From Eledone cirrhosa (Eukaryota): 64,000 nucleotides of DNA. The DNA lies in NCBI GenBank assembly GCA_964016885.1, contig OZ024751.1:37138001-37202000 (forward strand), written 5' to 3'. A program made the translations under genes and the position numbers. How positions within the stretch are numbered: position 1 is the first letter of the stretch; each line of letters starts with the position of its first letter. The notes under the pieces are model-generated. The model searched no databases. It saw nothing but the letters and a program-made list of their open reading frames with translations, and was not told where the DNA came from. Positions 53,893 to 64,000 of the stretch are shown piece by piece.

Positions 53893-56800
53893 ATGACCTC
53901 ACTCAGAATAGGCAGCATAAATGCGCGTGGCTTGGGGTCGTCATGGAAGCAGGGTCACCTGCTCAACGACCTCAGGTCACTAAACATAGATGTAGTGGCC
54001 ATCAGCGAGACCAGAATCTCCGAAGCACGGGCCTTCGCACCGATCTTCGGCGGCTACGATGTGTACGCATCTCCCAGCCGTCCTGGATCGGGTGGAGGAG
54101 TTGCTGTGCTTTTTCGGAGAGGTTTGGATCTCGCCATACGGGCCATCTTCCTGGACCCAGAGGGTAAGCTGGTGGTGCTGGACGTGACCAGCGGAGACGG
54201 GCAAGCTTTCAGGCTAGTGGCCGTCTATGCCCCGACAGGAGCAGGGCGGCCTGATTTCTTCCGGCGTCTGGAGACCTTTCTTGGAACGTCGCGCTCTTTA
54301 GTGTTAGTGGGCGACTGGAACGGGATCTTAGATGCACGCTGGGACTGTGTGGGATTAGCGGATAGGGGTGGAGGGTGCAAGAGCCTCACCAACCTGCTCA
54401 GGCGTTTTGAACTGTCTGACAGGTACCGATTGGATTTCCCGAATGTGCCAATGTGGACTTGGACAAACCGCATAGGGTCATCCAGATCATATCTAGATAG
54501 AGTATTTTGTAGGGAAATAGATAGGTCTAGCATAGGCTGTCCACAATTCAAGATAGTCAGCTACACGGACCACAAATTCGTGATCTGTGTGCTTGACTTA
54601 GATAGGCTTCATAGACGAGGACCCGGCTACTGGAAGCTAAACGCGTCCTTACCAGCGCGCAAGGCCTACAGAGACCGGATTAGCGAACTAGTTAAGCGGG
54701 CGTTGACGGGGGCCATCGTCAACAACAAGTGGTGGTTTGCTCTGAAAAGAGCGATTAGAATAGAATCGATTAGGTTTAGTAAGGCTTTAGCAATAGAGAA
54801 AAATAGAGCAGAGGGAGAACTAGTTAGAAAATTAGACGAGGCGCTTAGCAAAGGCATTGCGACCGACGTGCTTGCGGCGAAATTGGCCCTTGACCAATTC
54901 TTCAATGCAAAGCACGAAGGCTGCGTTGTCAGAGCTAGGGTGCGTGCTCTCAGACACGAGGGGACGAAAGCCGTTCAATGGGCCCGAGTGGCGGAGGCGC
55001 GTCGTGGCAACAAAGCCACGATCCGGTCTTTGGTGGACCACGACGGGCGCATGCTACTCGATCCCGGGCAAATGTGTGAAGCTTTTCAGCGACACTTCGC
55101 TCAGCTGTTCGGGGGCAGCGGGGGGCCGGGTAGAGGGATGGACTTTAGTGTCTACCTCGACGGGCTGCCGCGGCTCTCGGCCACTGAGGCGAGGTGTTGC
55201 GAAAAGCCGATAACAGCCGCTGAAGTACGGGAGGCAATGACTGGCTGCACAAGGGGTAAATCGCCTGGTTTGGATGGTCTGCCCTATGAACTTTACGTAC
55301 AGATGCCAGACTTGTTCGGAGGCCTCTTGGCGGACGTCTACTGCAACTGGCAACAGAACGGGAGAATTCCCAGTTCTGTGAGCCGAGGAGCGGTGGCACT
55401 GCTGAGAAAGGATCCGAACAAGGGGGATAACATAGACAATTTCCGGCCCATAACTCTGCTAAACACAGAGTTTAAGATTTTGGCCAAGGTGCTAGCAAAG
55501 AGGTTGGCGCTTGTCGTTGGTGGTCTGGTGGGAGAGGCGCAGACATGCGCCATTCCCGACAGATCCATCCACGACAACCTCCACCTCATGCGATACATCG
55601 TAGAGAGGGTAGCTAGGGAACCTGGCACGGGTGGGTCCTTGATCAATTTAGATCAGTCGAAAGCTTTCGATAGGGTCGACCATCGTTACCTAGCGGCAGT
55701 CCTGAGGGCGGCTGGCTTTGGGCCCGTCTTCAGAGGCTGGATCGCTGCCATGCACAGCGACATCTGCTCTGTGGTGAGAGTGAACGGTCACCTGTCGGAA
55801 CCGTTCAACATCATGCGCTCGGTCCGCCAAGGATGTCCCCTCTCGTCCCTCTTGTACGTATTGACTCTCGAGCCATTACTGCACAAACTGGAGACGTTGA
55901 GGGGAGTCCCGCGCGAACTAGGATGCGGAAGATCCGTGTCAGCATATGCGGACGATGTCACCGTAGTGGTGTCGAACGCCAAACACATCGAGGCGATCGG
56001 CACTACACTAAGAGAATACGAAGCGGTGACAGGAGCAATGATCAACCAGGAAAAGTCAGTGGGCCTGCAGCTCGGCACCTGGAGAGGCAGGTCCATGCCG
56101 TCCAACAGCGTCGTCGGGCGCTGGACGGACGGACCGGTTAAATTGCTAGGGGTCTGGTTCGGTCCGGACCTCCAGACGGACAAAAACTGGGACGAGGTGA
56201 CGAGCAGGGTGGCTTCTCTCACCCAGAAATGGGCGGAGAGGAAGCTATCCCTGAAAGGTCGAGCGGAGGTGGCTAACGCGTACATCGCGTCTGTCATCTG
56301 CTACCGCCTAACCGTCGTACCTTGTCCTAAGCCTCGCCTGACTGCGCTGGAGCGTTTGCTCTTTCGCTTTTTGTGGAAGGGACGTGCTCCGATGGTCAGG
56401 CGGTCCATCTGTTGTCAACACCCGCTACGTGGAGGGCTGGGCATGCCGTGGCTGATGATGCGCAGGCACGCGCTCAGGCTACGACATCTCCACCTCTTCC
56501 TCGACGGTGATCAGGTGTGGTCGCCGTTTGCTAGACGCGTTTTTCCCCAGCTCGTTTCCTTGACGGAGCTGCAGTCCTGGGTCAAGCGAAGACCGAGAGG
56601 GAGCGCCTGGAGACTGGAATGTCTTCAGGCGCTCACAGCCCTCGACCAATCGGGCAATGTGATCGGTGGAAACTCCACCTCGGCGTTCTATAGAGGATTA
56701 GTGGAGGGGAAGAGCGACGACGTACTTGGGGAAACTCTAGGCGTCGACGAAAATCAACTAGCCAATCTCTTCGGAAGAACTTTCGGGCCAGGGCCTATGG

Positions 56801-57312
56801 ACAACTTCCAGAAATCTCTGGCCTGGCAGTGCTACCGAGGAGCCTTGCCAGTTCGGGATAAACTCTACAGGCATGGAGGTGCCGTCAGCCGGGCATGTCC
56901 GAGATGCGCGCAGGGCGACGAAACCGTCCTGCACGCACTCGTCCAGTGTCCGAAAATTGCTGACTTGTGGGTTTATGTCGAACACCTGCTGTCGCGTTTA
57001 GGACGGATCCAGCTATCATCTGAGTCCATCGTGAGGATTGCCCCGCCCTCCTCCTTTAGCCGGGAAGGGCAGGCAGTTTTTATCTGTCTGGTGGCCATGG
57101 CGAAAGAGATAGTATGGTGGACACGTTTGAAAGGGCTGAAGACGAGCACTTACCTCTTCGGTGATGCTCTGATTGACTTTTTCAAATTTCATTTGAAAAG
57201 GAAAATCAGAGTAGAGAGGGAAGTGCTCTCTTCCCAGCATTTTGTTGAAAGATGGGTGAGAGAAGCAAGAATGGCCCGAGTGAATGGGCCGACTCTGAGT
57301 ATATATCTGTAA
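53893..57312 (+). CDS. ORF2p APE-RT-CCHC, copy D, 1139 aa
   Basis: Intact; TEARCC versus TEAKCC in the other copies. Confidence 0.97.
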   Translation: MTSLRIGSINARGLGSSWKQGHLLNDLRSLNIDVVAISETRISEARAFAPIFGGYDVYASPSRPGSGGGVAVLFRRGLDLAIRAIFLDPEGKLVVLDVTSGDGQAFRLVAVYAPTGAGRPDFFRRLETFLGTSRSLVLVGDWNGILDARWDCVGLADRGGGCKSLTNLLRRFELSDRYRLDFPNVPMWTWTNRIGSSRSYLDRVFCREIDRSSIGCPQFKIVSYTDHKFVICVLDLDRLHRRGPGYWKLNASLPARKAYRDRISELVKRALTGAIVNNKWWFALKRAIRIESIRFSKALAIEKNRAEGELVRKLDEALSKGIATDVLAAKLALDQFFNAKHEGCVVRARVRALRHEGTKAVQWARVAEARRGNKATIRSLVDHDGRMLLDPGQMCEAFQRHFAQLFGGSGGPGRGMDFSVYLDGLPRLSATEARCCEKPITAAEVREAMTGCTRGKSPGLDGLPYELYVQMPDLFGGLLADVYCNWQQNGRIPSSVSRGAVALLRKDPNKGDNIDNFRPITLLNTEFKILAKVLAKRLALVVGGLVGEAQTCAIPDRSIHDNLHLMRYIVERVAREPGTGGSLINLDQSKAFDRVDHRYLAAVLRAAGFGPVFRGWIAAMHSDICSVVRVNGHLSEPFNIMRSVRQGCPLSSLLYVLTLEPLLHKLETLRGVPRELGCGRSVSAYADDVTVVVSNAKHIEAIGTTLREYEAVTGAMINQEKSVGLQLGTWRGRSMPSNSVVGRWTDGPVKLLGVWFGPDLQTDKNWDEVTSRVASLTQKWAERKLSLKGRAEVANAYIASVICYRLTVVPCPKPRLTALERLLFRFLWKGRAPMVRRSICCQHPLRGGLGMPWLMMRRHALRLRHLHLFLDGDQVWSPFARRVFPQLVSLTELQSWVKRRPRGSAWRLECLQALTALDQSGNVIGGNSTSAFYRGLVEGKSDDVLGETLGVDENQLANLFGRTFGPGPMDNFQKSLAWQCYRGALPVRDKLYRHGGAVSRACPRCAQGDETVLHALVQCPKIADLWVYVEHLLSRLGRIQLSSESIVRIAPPSSFSREGQAVFICLVAMAKEIVWWTRLKGLKTSTYLFGDALIDFFKFHLKRKIRVEREVLSSQHFVERWVREARMARVNGPTLSIYL

Positions 57313-57840
57313 ACTAAAGGTGGAAAACTGGGAGAGGGCACTTGCCTTGGTGGTCAGGGTCATTGTGGCTTTTTACTGGGCTTTCTCCACAAATGTCCCT
57401 CCGAAGTCTCCCCCCTATTGGGGAATTTTTCATTGTTATTTTCATTGTTATTTTTGTTACATCCTCTGTTTTTGTTTTTTTACACGCAGAAATGCCCATT
57501 TGTACCGTCCTGCATTGTCCTGCACTGTCCTTAATGTCTACTTTATGTAAACCCTTGTGGTTAATAAAGAAATCATTATTATTATTATCATTATTATTAT
57601 ATTTATTATTATTATTATTATTATTATTGAATGCCATGGTTGACGGAGGCTCGGCTCTGTAAGGTATAGTAATTTTTAACCGTTAAAACAATTGTAAATT
57701 GTTTAAAACTTGAACCAAATTGTTGATAAAGACACCCTCCTCCTCGTGAGAGGGGTCTTTCTGTCCGTTATTTGGCCCTTCGGGGTTAAATAACCAGTTA
57801 TTGGGGTTTTGTACCCAAAATTTCATTTTAAACAAAAAAC

Positions 57841-59940
57841 ATGGCTACCAAAAAAAAAAAATTTCATACGTCACTCCCACTCATTCCGTCTTCTTCTTCC
57901 TCAATCATCACTACAGGAGAGAGAAGATTGTCTCTCTCCCTCCCTTCTTTAAATGTGTCTCTCTCCCTACCTTCTCTTTCGCAAGCGACGAAAGAAAAGA
58001 AAAGTCTCGTGCAAAGCGTGCAAGGTTTCTCCACGACGACGACGACAGCGACGAAACAGGTGTGCGGGAAATACGAAAACCCAGTTCATTCGTCTGACGT
58101 CAGGAATAATAGCAGTAGCAGCCGTAATAACAACAGCAACAGTGACAATGAAAACAACAGTAGCAGCCGCAACAGCATCACCAGCAGCATAAACAACAAC
58201 AGCATTAGCAGCAGCAACACCAACAACAACCACAGCAACAGCGGCGGAGGCAGTAGTCGTAGTACCTGCAGCAACAACAAAAGTACCAGCAGCTCTGACG
58301 ACAACAACAACAGCAGAGAAAAACCAATCTCATTTGCAGGTATTGCGAAAAACCTGGAAACAATCCTCATAACAAATGAGGAATTAGAGGAAGCGAAGAA
58401 GATGGTGACAAAGAACGGACACCGAGCAATCTGCAAGGCAGCGAAAAATTTTTTCGAAACCCAAGAGCACTGTACGGTCACGTACCGTACAGTAAGTACA
58501 AAATCCCGTAGGGTGGAAAGAGCCACAGAGGCCCAAATACAAAAAGCCTTGGGGTCTGTGTGGCAGAGGAAAACGCACATCACCCGAGGCAAAAAATACG
58601 CCACCGTAGACGTACTTTTTGCCACACCCCAGGAGGCAAAGGCCCAATCAGTAGTGACCCTAAGGAGCGAGGAAATGGTGTTGGTGCCCTCCTACTGCGG
58701 GCAAAAAATTGTGAGGGTCAAACTGACCCACGTCCCCCCCGGAATGACCCCTTCTTGGCTGGCCGCGTCTGTCCTCGTCGGAATCGAGGACAAAACAACT
58801 GTACTGCAAGTACAGAAAAAAGTAAGAGAAGATTGGGTCGGCTCCTCCATTGAGATGCTAATCCAAACCAACCAGGAGTGCATCGAAGCTATCCCGGATG
58901 TGATAGACTTCGATAACGGCACTCAACTGCCCATAAGTGTTGAGGGCAAACGCCCGAAATGCTTTCGCTGTGGATCGAAGACTCACCTCAGGGCCTTCTG
59001 CAACGAGAAGACCCTGAGAAAGGAGAAAACCCCCCTCCTCCCGAATCCGGTTCCACGGCTACCAGCAACAGGACAAGCGGCAACCAGGAACGATAGGTCC
59101 GTGGCACCCATACCCACTCCACGGAAATCAAAGACAGCAGCAGCAGTGGAAATATTAACAACAACAACAGCAATACCAAATGCAGCTGCAACAGAGACTC
59201 CAGTGCAAACATCACCAACAACAACAAGTGAAAGAGTGGAGCTGGTACCCCTCCCCGACCTTACAGAATCAGACATGGAGTGTGAGGTGGGAGAGGGATG
59301 GCAAAAGGTCTCAAGAAGGCACAAACGCAGAAGCAGCGCATCGTCGCCTTTGAAAAGGGAGGAAAGAAATGAGAAAAGGGTAAAGTCTACTGCAAAGAGA
59401 CCCACAGCAGCAACACCACCAACACCATCACCACCCACACCAGCACCACCATCACCACCGGCGACAACCCCACCGCCAACAACACCTTCAACACCACCAC
59501 CACAAGCACCAACATCGCAAACACAACAACAAAACACACACACCCAGCAACAACGACAAGAAAATAGCAGAACCACACCCCACCCCCAGAAAAACAAATG
59601 CACGGCAATAAACACACACAACAAGAAACTAATGACTTACATAATTGAACACACAGACATTTCACAACAGGACTACATAATACCAGCACCAATCAAAACA
59701 CCAACTAACATAAGACTGCTAAAAATAGCACAGAAACAATACACAAACATTAAAACGAAATTCCCCAACGCAGTTGGTGATTTCAGGGACCTAGGAGGAA
59801 CCATTAATCGAAGAGTATATTCAGACATTCTCTTAGAAGAGCCGACGACCAGCCGAAGGGACGATTCAACGGTCCCTTCACCAGACGATCAAGTGAAAAG
59901 GGATGTAAAAACCATCCCTCCTCTACCAAAAATACGGTAA
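57841..59940 (+). CDS. ORF1p, copy E, 699 aa
   Basis: Intact; CCHC knuckle. Confidence 0.93.
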   Translation: MATKKKKFHTSLPLIPSSSSSIITTGERRLSLSLPSLNVSLSLPSLSQATKEKKSLVQSVQGFSTTTTTATKQVCGKYENPVHSSDVRNNSSSSRNNNSNSDNENNSSSRNSITSSINNNSISSSNTNNNHSNSGGGSSRSTCSNNKSTSSSDDNNNSREKPISFAGIAKNLETILITNEELEEAKKMVTKNGHRAICKAAKNFFETQEHCTVTYRTVSTKSRRVERATEAQIQKALGSVWQRKTHITRGKKYATVDVLFATPQEAKAQSVVTLRSEEMVLVPSYCGQKIVRVKLTHVPPGMTPSWLAASVLVGIEDKTTVLQVQKKVREDWVGSSIEMLIQTNQECIEAIPDVIDFDNGTQLPISVEGKRPKCFRCGSKTHLRAFCNEKTLRKEKTPLLPNPVPRLPATGQAATRNDRSVAPIPTPRKSKTAAAVEILTTTTAIPNAAATETPVQTSPTTTSERVELVPLPDLTESDMECEVGEGWQKVSRRHKRRSSASSPLKREERNEKRVKSTAKRPTAATPPTPSPPTPAPPSPPATTPPPTTPSTPPPQAPTSQTQQQNTHTQQQRQENSRTTPHPQKNKCTAINTHNKKLMTYIIEHTDISQQDYIIPAPIKTPTNIRLLKIAQKQYTNIKTKFPNAVGDFRDLGGTINRRVYSDILLEEPTTSRRDDSTVPSPDDQVKRDVKTIPPLPKIR

Positions 59941-59975
59941 GTGGTCTTTCCCATCTTTTCCACTCTATTTTAAAC

Positions 59976-62900
59976 ATGACCTCACTCAGAATAGGCAGCA
60001 TAAATGCGCGTGGCTTGGGGTCGTCATGGAAGCAGGGTCACCTGCTCAACGACCTCAGGTCACTAAACATAGATGTAGTGGCCATCAGCGAGACCAGAAT
60101 CTCCGAAGCACGGGCCTTCGCACCGATCTTCGGCGGCTACGATGTGTACGCATCTCCCAGCCGTCCTGGATCGGGTGGAGGAGTTGCTGTGCTTTTTCGG
60201 AGAGGTTTGGATCTCGCCATACGGGCCATCTTCCTGGACCCAGAGGGTAAGCTGGTGGTGCTGGACGTGACCAGCGGAGACGGGCAAGCTTTCAGGCTAG
60301 TGGCCGTCTATGCCCCGACAGGAGCAGGGCGGCCTGATTTCTTCCGGCGTCTGGAGACCTTTCTTGGAACGTCGCGCTCTTTAGTGTTAGTGGGCGACTG
60401 GAACGGGATCTTAGATGCACGCTGGGACTGTGTGGGATTAGCGGATAGGGGTGGAGGGTGCAAGAGCCTCACCAACCTGCTCAGGCGTTTTGAACTGTCT
60501 GACAGGTACCGATTGGATTTCCCGAATGTGCCAATGTGGACTTGGACAAACCGCATAGGGTCATCCAGATCATATCTAGATAGAGTATTTTGTAGGGAAA
60601 TAGATAGGTCTAGCATAGGCTGTCCACAATTCAAGATAGTCAGCTACACGGACCACAAATTCGTGATCTGTGTGCTTGACTTAGATAGGCTTCATAGACG
60701 AGGACCCGGCTACTGGAAGCTAAACGCGTCCTTACCAGCGCGCAAGGCCTACAGAGACCGGATTAGCGAACTAGTTAAGCGGGCGTTGACGGGGGCCATC
60801 GTCAACAACAAGTGGTGGTTTGCTCTGAAAAGAGCGATTAGAATAGAATCGATTAGGTTTAGTAAGGCTTTAGCAATAGAGAAAAATAGAGCAGAGGGAG
60901 AACTAGTTAGAAAATTAGACGAGGCGCTTAGCAAAGGCATTGCGACCGACGTGCTTGCGGCGAAATTGGCCCTTGACCAATTCTTCAATGCAAAGCACGA
61001 AGGCTGCGTTGTCAGAGCTAGGGTGCGTGCTCTCAGACACGAGGGGACGAAAGCCGTTCAATGGGCCCGAGTGGCGGAGGCGCGTCGTGGCAACAAAGCC
61101 ACGATCCGGTCTTTGGTGGACCACGACGGGCGCATGCTACTCGATCCCGGGCAAATGTGTGAAGCTTTTCAGCGACACTTCGCTCAGCTGTTCGGGGGCA
61201 GCGGGGGGCCGGGTAGAGGGATGGACTTTAGTGTCTACCTCGACGGACTGCCGCGGCTCTCGGCCACTGAGGCGAAGTGTTGCGAAAAGCCGATAACAGC
61301 CGCTGAAGTAAGGGAGGCAATGACTGGCTGCACAAGGGGTAAATCGCCTGGTTTGGATGGTCTGCCCTATGAACTTTACGTACAGATGCCAGACTTGTTC
61401 GGAGGCCTCTTGGCGGACGTCTACTGCAACTGGCAACAGAACGGGAGAATTCCCAGTTCTGTGAGCCGAGGAGCGGTGGCACTGCTGAGAAAGGATCCGA
61501 ACAAGGGGGATAACATAGACAATTTCCGGCCCATAACTCTGCTAAACACAGAGTTTAAGATTTTGGCCAAGGTGCTAGCAAAGAGGTTGGCGCTTGTCGT
61601 TGGTGGTCTGGTGGGAGAGGCGCAGACATGCGCCATTCCCGACAGATCCATCCACGACAACCTCCACCTCATGCGATACATCGTAGAGAGGGTAGCTAGG
61701 GAACCTGGCACGGGTGGGTCCTTGATCAATTTAGATCAGTCGAAAGCTTTCGATAGGGTCGACCATCGTTACCTAGCGGCAGTCCTGAGGGCGGCTGGCT
61801 TTGGGCCCGTCTTCAGAGGCTGGATCGCTGCCATGCACAGCGACATCTGCTCTGTGGTGAGAGTGAACGGTCACCTGTCGGAACCGTTCAACATCATGCG
61901 CTCGGTCCGCCAAGGATGTCCCCTCTCGTCCCTCTTGTACGTATTGACTCTCGAGCCATTACTGCACAAACTGGAGACGTTGAGGGGAGTCCCGCGCGAA
62001 CTAGGATGCGGAAGATCCGTGTCAGCATATGCGGACGATGTCACCGTAGTGGTGTCGAACGCCAAACACATCGAGGCGATCGGCACTACACTAAGAGAAT
62101 ACGAAGCGGTGACAGGAGCAATGATCAACCAGGAAAAGTCAGTGGGCCTGCAGCTCGGCACCTGGAGAGGCAGGTCCATGCCGTCCAACAGCGTCGTCGG
62201 GCGCTGGACGGACGGACCGGTTAAATTGCTAGGGGTCTGGTTCGGTCCGGACCTCCAGACGGACAAAAACTGGGACGAGGTGACGAGCAGGGTGGCTTCT
62301 CTCACCCAGAAATGGGCGGAGAGGAAGCTATCCCTGAAAGGTCGAGCGGAGGTGGCTAACGCGTACATCGCGTCTGTCATCTGCTACCGCCTAACCGTCG
62401 TACCTTGTCCTAAGCCTCGCCTGACTGCGCTGGAGCGTTTGCTCTTTCGCTTTTTGTGGAAGGGACGTGCTCCGATGGTCAGGCGGTCCATCTGTTGTCA
62501 ACACCCGCTACGTGGAGGGCTGGGCATGCCGTGGCTGATGATGCGCAGGCACGCGCTCAGGCTACGACATCTCCACCTCTTCCTCGACGGTGATCAGGTG
62601 TGGTCGCCGTTTGCTAGACGCGTTTTTCCCCAGCTCGTTTCCTTGACGGAGCTGCAGTCCTGGGTCAAGCGAAGACCGAGAGGGAGCGCCTGGAGACTGG
62701 AATGTCTTCAGGCGCTCACAGCCCTCGACCAATCGGGCAATGTGATCGGTGGAAACTCCACCTCGGCGTTCTATAGAGGATTAGTGGAGGGGAAGAGCGA
62801 CGACGTACTTGGGGAAACTCTAGGCGTCGACGAAAATCAACTAGCCAATCTCTTCGGAAGAACCTTCGGGCCAGGGCCTATGGACAACTTCCAGAAATCT

Positions 62901-63395
62901 CTGGCCTGGCAGTGCTACCGAGGAGCCTTGCCAGTTCGGGATAAACTCTACAGGCATGGAGGTGCCGTCAGCCGGGCATGTCCGAGATGCGCGCAGGGCG
63001 ACGAAACCGTCCTGCACGCACTCGTCCAGTGTCCGAAAATTGCTGACTTGTGGGTTTATGTCGAACACCTGCTGTCGCGTTTAGGACGGATCCAGCTATC
63101 ATCTGAGTCTATCGTGAGGATTGCCCCGCCCTCCTCCTTTAGCCGGGAAGGGCAGGCAGTTTTTATCTGTCTGGTGGCCATGGCGAAAGAGATAGTATGG
63201 TGGACACGTTTGAAAGGGCTGAAGACGAGCACTTACCTCTTCGGTGATGCTCTGATTGACTTTTTCAAATTTCATTTGAAAAGGAAAATCAGAGTAGAGA
63301 AGGAAGTGCTCTCTTCCCAGCATTTTGTTGAAAGATGGGTGAGAGAAGCAAGAATGGCCCGAGTGAATGGGCCGACTCTGAGTATATATCTGTAA
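59976..63395 (+). CDS. ORF2p APE-RT-CCHC, copy E, 1139 aa
   Basis: Intact motifs. Confidence 0.97.
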   Translation: MTSLRIGSINARGLGSSWKQGHLLNDLRSLNIDVVAISETRISEARAFAPIFGGYDVYASPSRPGSGGGVAVLFRRGLDLAIRAIFLDPEGKLVVLDVTSGDGQAFRLVAVYAPTGAGRPDFFRRLETFLGTSRSLVLVGDWNGILDARWDCVGLADRGGGCKSLTNLLRRFELSDRYRLDFPNVPMWTWTNRIGSSRSYLDRVFCREIDRSSIGCPQFKIVSYTDHKFVICVLDLDRLHRRGPGYWKLNASLPARKAYRDRISELVKRALTGAIVNNKWWFALKRAIRIESIRFSKALAIEKNRAEGELVRKLDEALSKGIATDVLAAKLALDQFFNAKHEGCVVRARVRALRHEGTKAVQWARVAEARRGNKATIRSLVDHDGRMLLDPGQMCEAFQRHFAQLFGGSGGPGRGMDFSVYLDGLPRLSATEAKCCEKPITAAEVREAMTGCTRGKSPGLDGLPYELYVQMPDLFGGLLADVYCNWQQNGRIPSSVSRGAVALLRKDPNKGDNIDNFRPITLLNTEFKILAKVLAKRLALVVGGLVGEAQTCAIPDRSIHDNLHLMRYIVERVAREPGTGGSLINLDQSKAFDRVDHRYLAAVLRAAGFGPVFRGWIAAMHSDICSVVRVNGHLSEPFNIMRSVRQGCPLSSLLYVLTLEPLLHKLETLRGVPRELGCGRSVSAYADDVTVVVSNAKHIEAIGTTLREYEAVTGAMINQEKSVGLQLGTWRGRSMPSNSVVGRWTDGPVKLLGVWFGPDLQTDKNWDEVTSRVASLTQKWAERKLSLKGRAEVANAYIASVICYRLTVVPCPKPRLTALERLLFRFLWKGRAPMVRRSICCQHPLRGGLGMPWLMMRRHALRLRHLHLFLDGDQVWSPFARRVFPQLVSLTELQSWVKRRPRGSAWRLECLQALTALDQSGNVIGGNSTSAFYRGLVEGKSDDVLGETLGVDENQLANLFGRTFGPGPMDNFQKSLAWQCYRGALPVRDKLYRHGGAVSRACPRCAQGDETVLHALVQCPKIADLWVYVEHLLSRLGRIQLSSESIVRIAPPSSFSREGQAVFICLVAMAKEIVWWTRLKGLKTSTYLFGDALIDFFKFHLKRKIRVEKEVLSSQHFVERWVREARMARVNGPTLSIYL

Positions 63396-63656
63396 ACTAA
63401 AGGTGGAAAACTGGGAGAGGGCACTTGCCTTGGTGGTCAGGGTCATTGTGGCTTTTTACTGGGCTTTCTCCACAAATGTCCCTCCGAAGTCTCCCCCCTA
63501 TTGGGGAATTTTTCATTGTTATTTTCATTGTTATTTTTGTTACATCCTCTATTTTTGTTTTTTTTACACGCAGAAATGCCCATTTGTACCGTCCTGCATT
63601 GTCCTGCACTGTCCTTAATGTCTACTTTATGTAAACCCTTGTGGTTAATAAAGAAA

Positions 63657-63658
<2 letters not shown>

Positions 63659-63703
<45 letters not shown>
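63659..63703 (+). repeat. (ATT)15 tail/target microsatellite
   Basis: Perfect ATT run directly after GAAATC. Confidence 0.95.
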
Positions 63704-63705
<2 letters not shown>

Positions 63706-64000
63706 GGCAAGGATGACCCAATTCCCCAAAGTCAATACAACTAATCAAACCCCCGATCGATCCCGAAGATATGAAATATCCAAGCAGAAAATTTAAACAT
63801 TTGATGTATAACTCAAGTGAATTCACCTTATGAATAAATAAATCAAATAAGTAGTGATTCAGATTCTCCGCCCATAATTTATTTAGCAAACTTTGCTGTA
63901 CATATTTCTTATTCTTTGAATTTCTTACTAGTTTCAGACATTTGACTGAGGCCATGCTTGGGCACTGCCTTCATAATATTTTTTCTACAAGTCCAGTATT

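Larger units (their letters stand above)
51546..57574 (+). mobile_element. Tx1/L1-group non-LTR retrotransposon, copy D (full length, 6029 bp)
   Basis: Same organisation as C; private SNPs at 55164, 55193 and 55228. Confidence 0.96.
57629..63658 (+). mobile_element. Tx1/L1-group non-LTR retrotransposon, copy E (full length, 6030 bp)
   Basis: Same organisation; followed by (ATT)15 and unique flank. Confidence 0.96.

Noticed and set aside
45484-63658. LTR element or assembly-duplicated unit
   Set aside because: No LTRs, integrase or protease. Copies differ by patterned SNPs and spacer lengths. Read confirmation is still advisable.

Overview
AT-rich, microsatellite-dense eukaryotic (animal) non-genic DNA. 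The SINE types and the (TA)/(CA)/(GA) density suggest an octopus/coleoid cephalopod genome (inference). No host gene could be supported. The window is dominated by five near-identical copies of one young Tx1/L1-group non-LTR retrotransposon with intact ORFs (ORF1 with a CCHC knuckle; ORF2 with APE endonuclease, RT and CCHC). All five end in (ATT)n and sit in (ATT)n microsatellites. They form two divergent head-to-tail arrays: a minus-strand dimer (A 12991-18785, B 18837-24631, both missing the same 5' 235 bp) and a plus-strand trimer of full-length copies (C 45484-51506, D 51546-57574, E 57629-63658). Each inter-copy spacer (51, 39 and 54 bp) is an exact copy of the flank upstream of its array, ending precisely at the element's 5' end, and the copies are SNP mosaics. 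Together these suggest new copies prime just upstream of a resident copy and finish their 5' end by copying that neighbour. Other highlights are a candidate 53-nt intron whose removal would fuse ORF1 and ORF2 in frame, a highly structured 5' UTR, several dispersed minimal hammerhead ribozymes (one pair in a 223-bp palindrome), a SINE with an 8-fold amplified A-box head, a mariner-type MITE and a higher-order minisatellite. All comparisons were made by eye.
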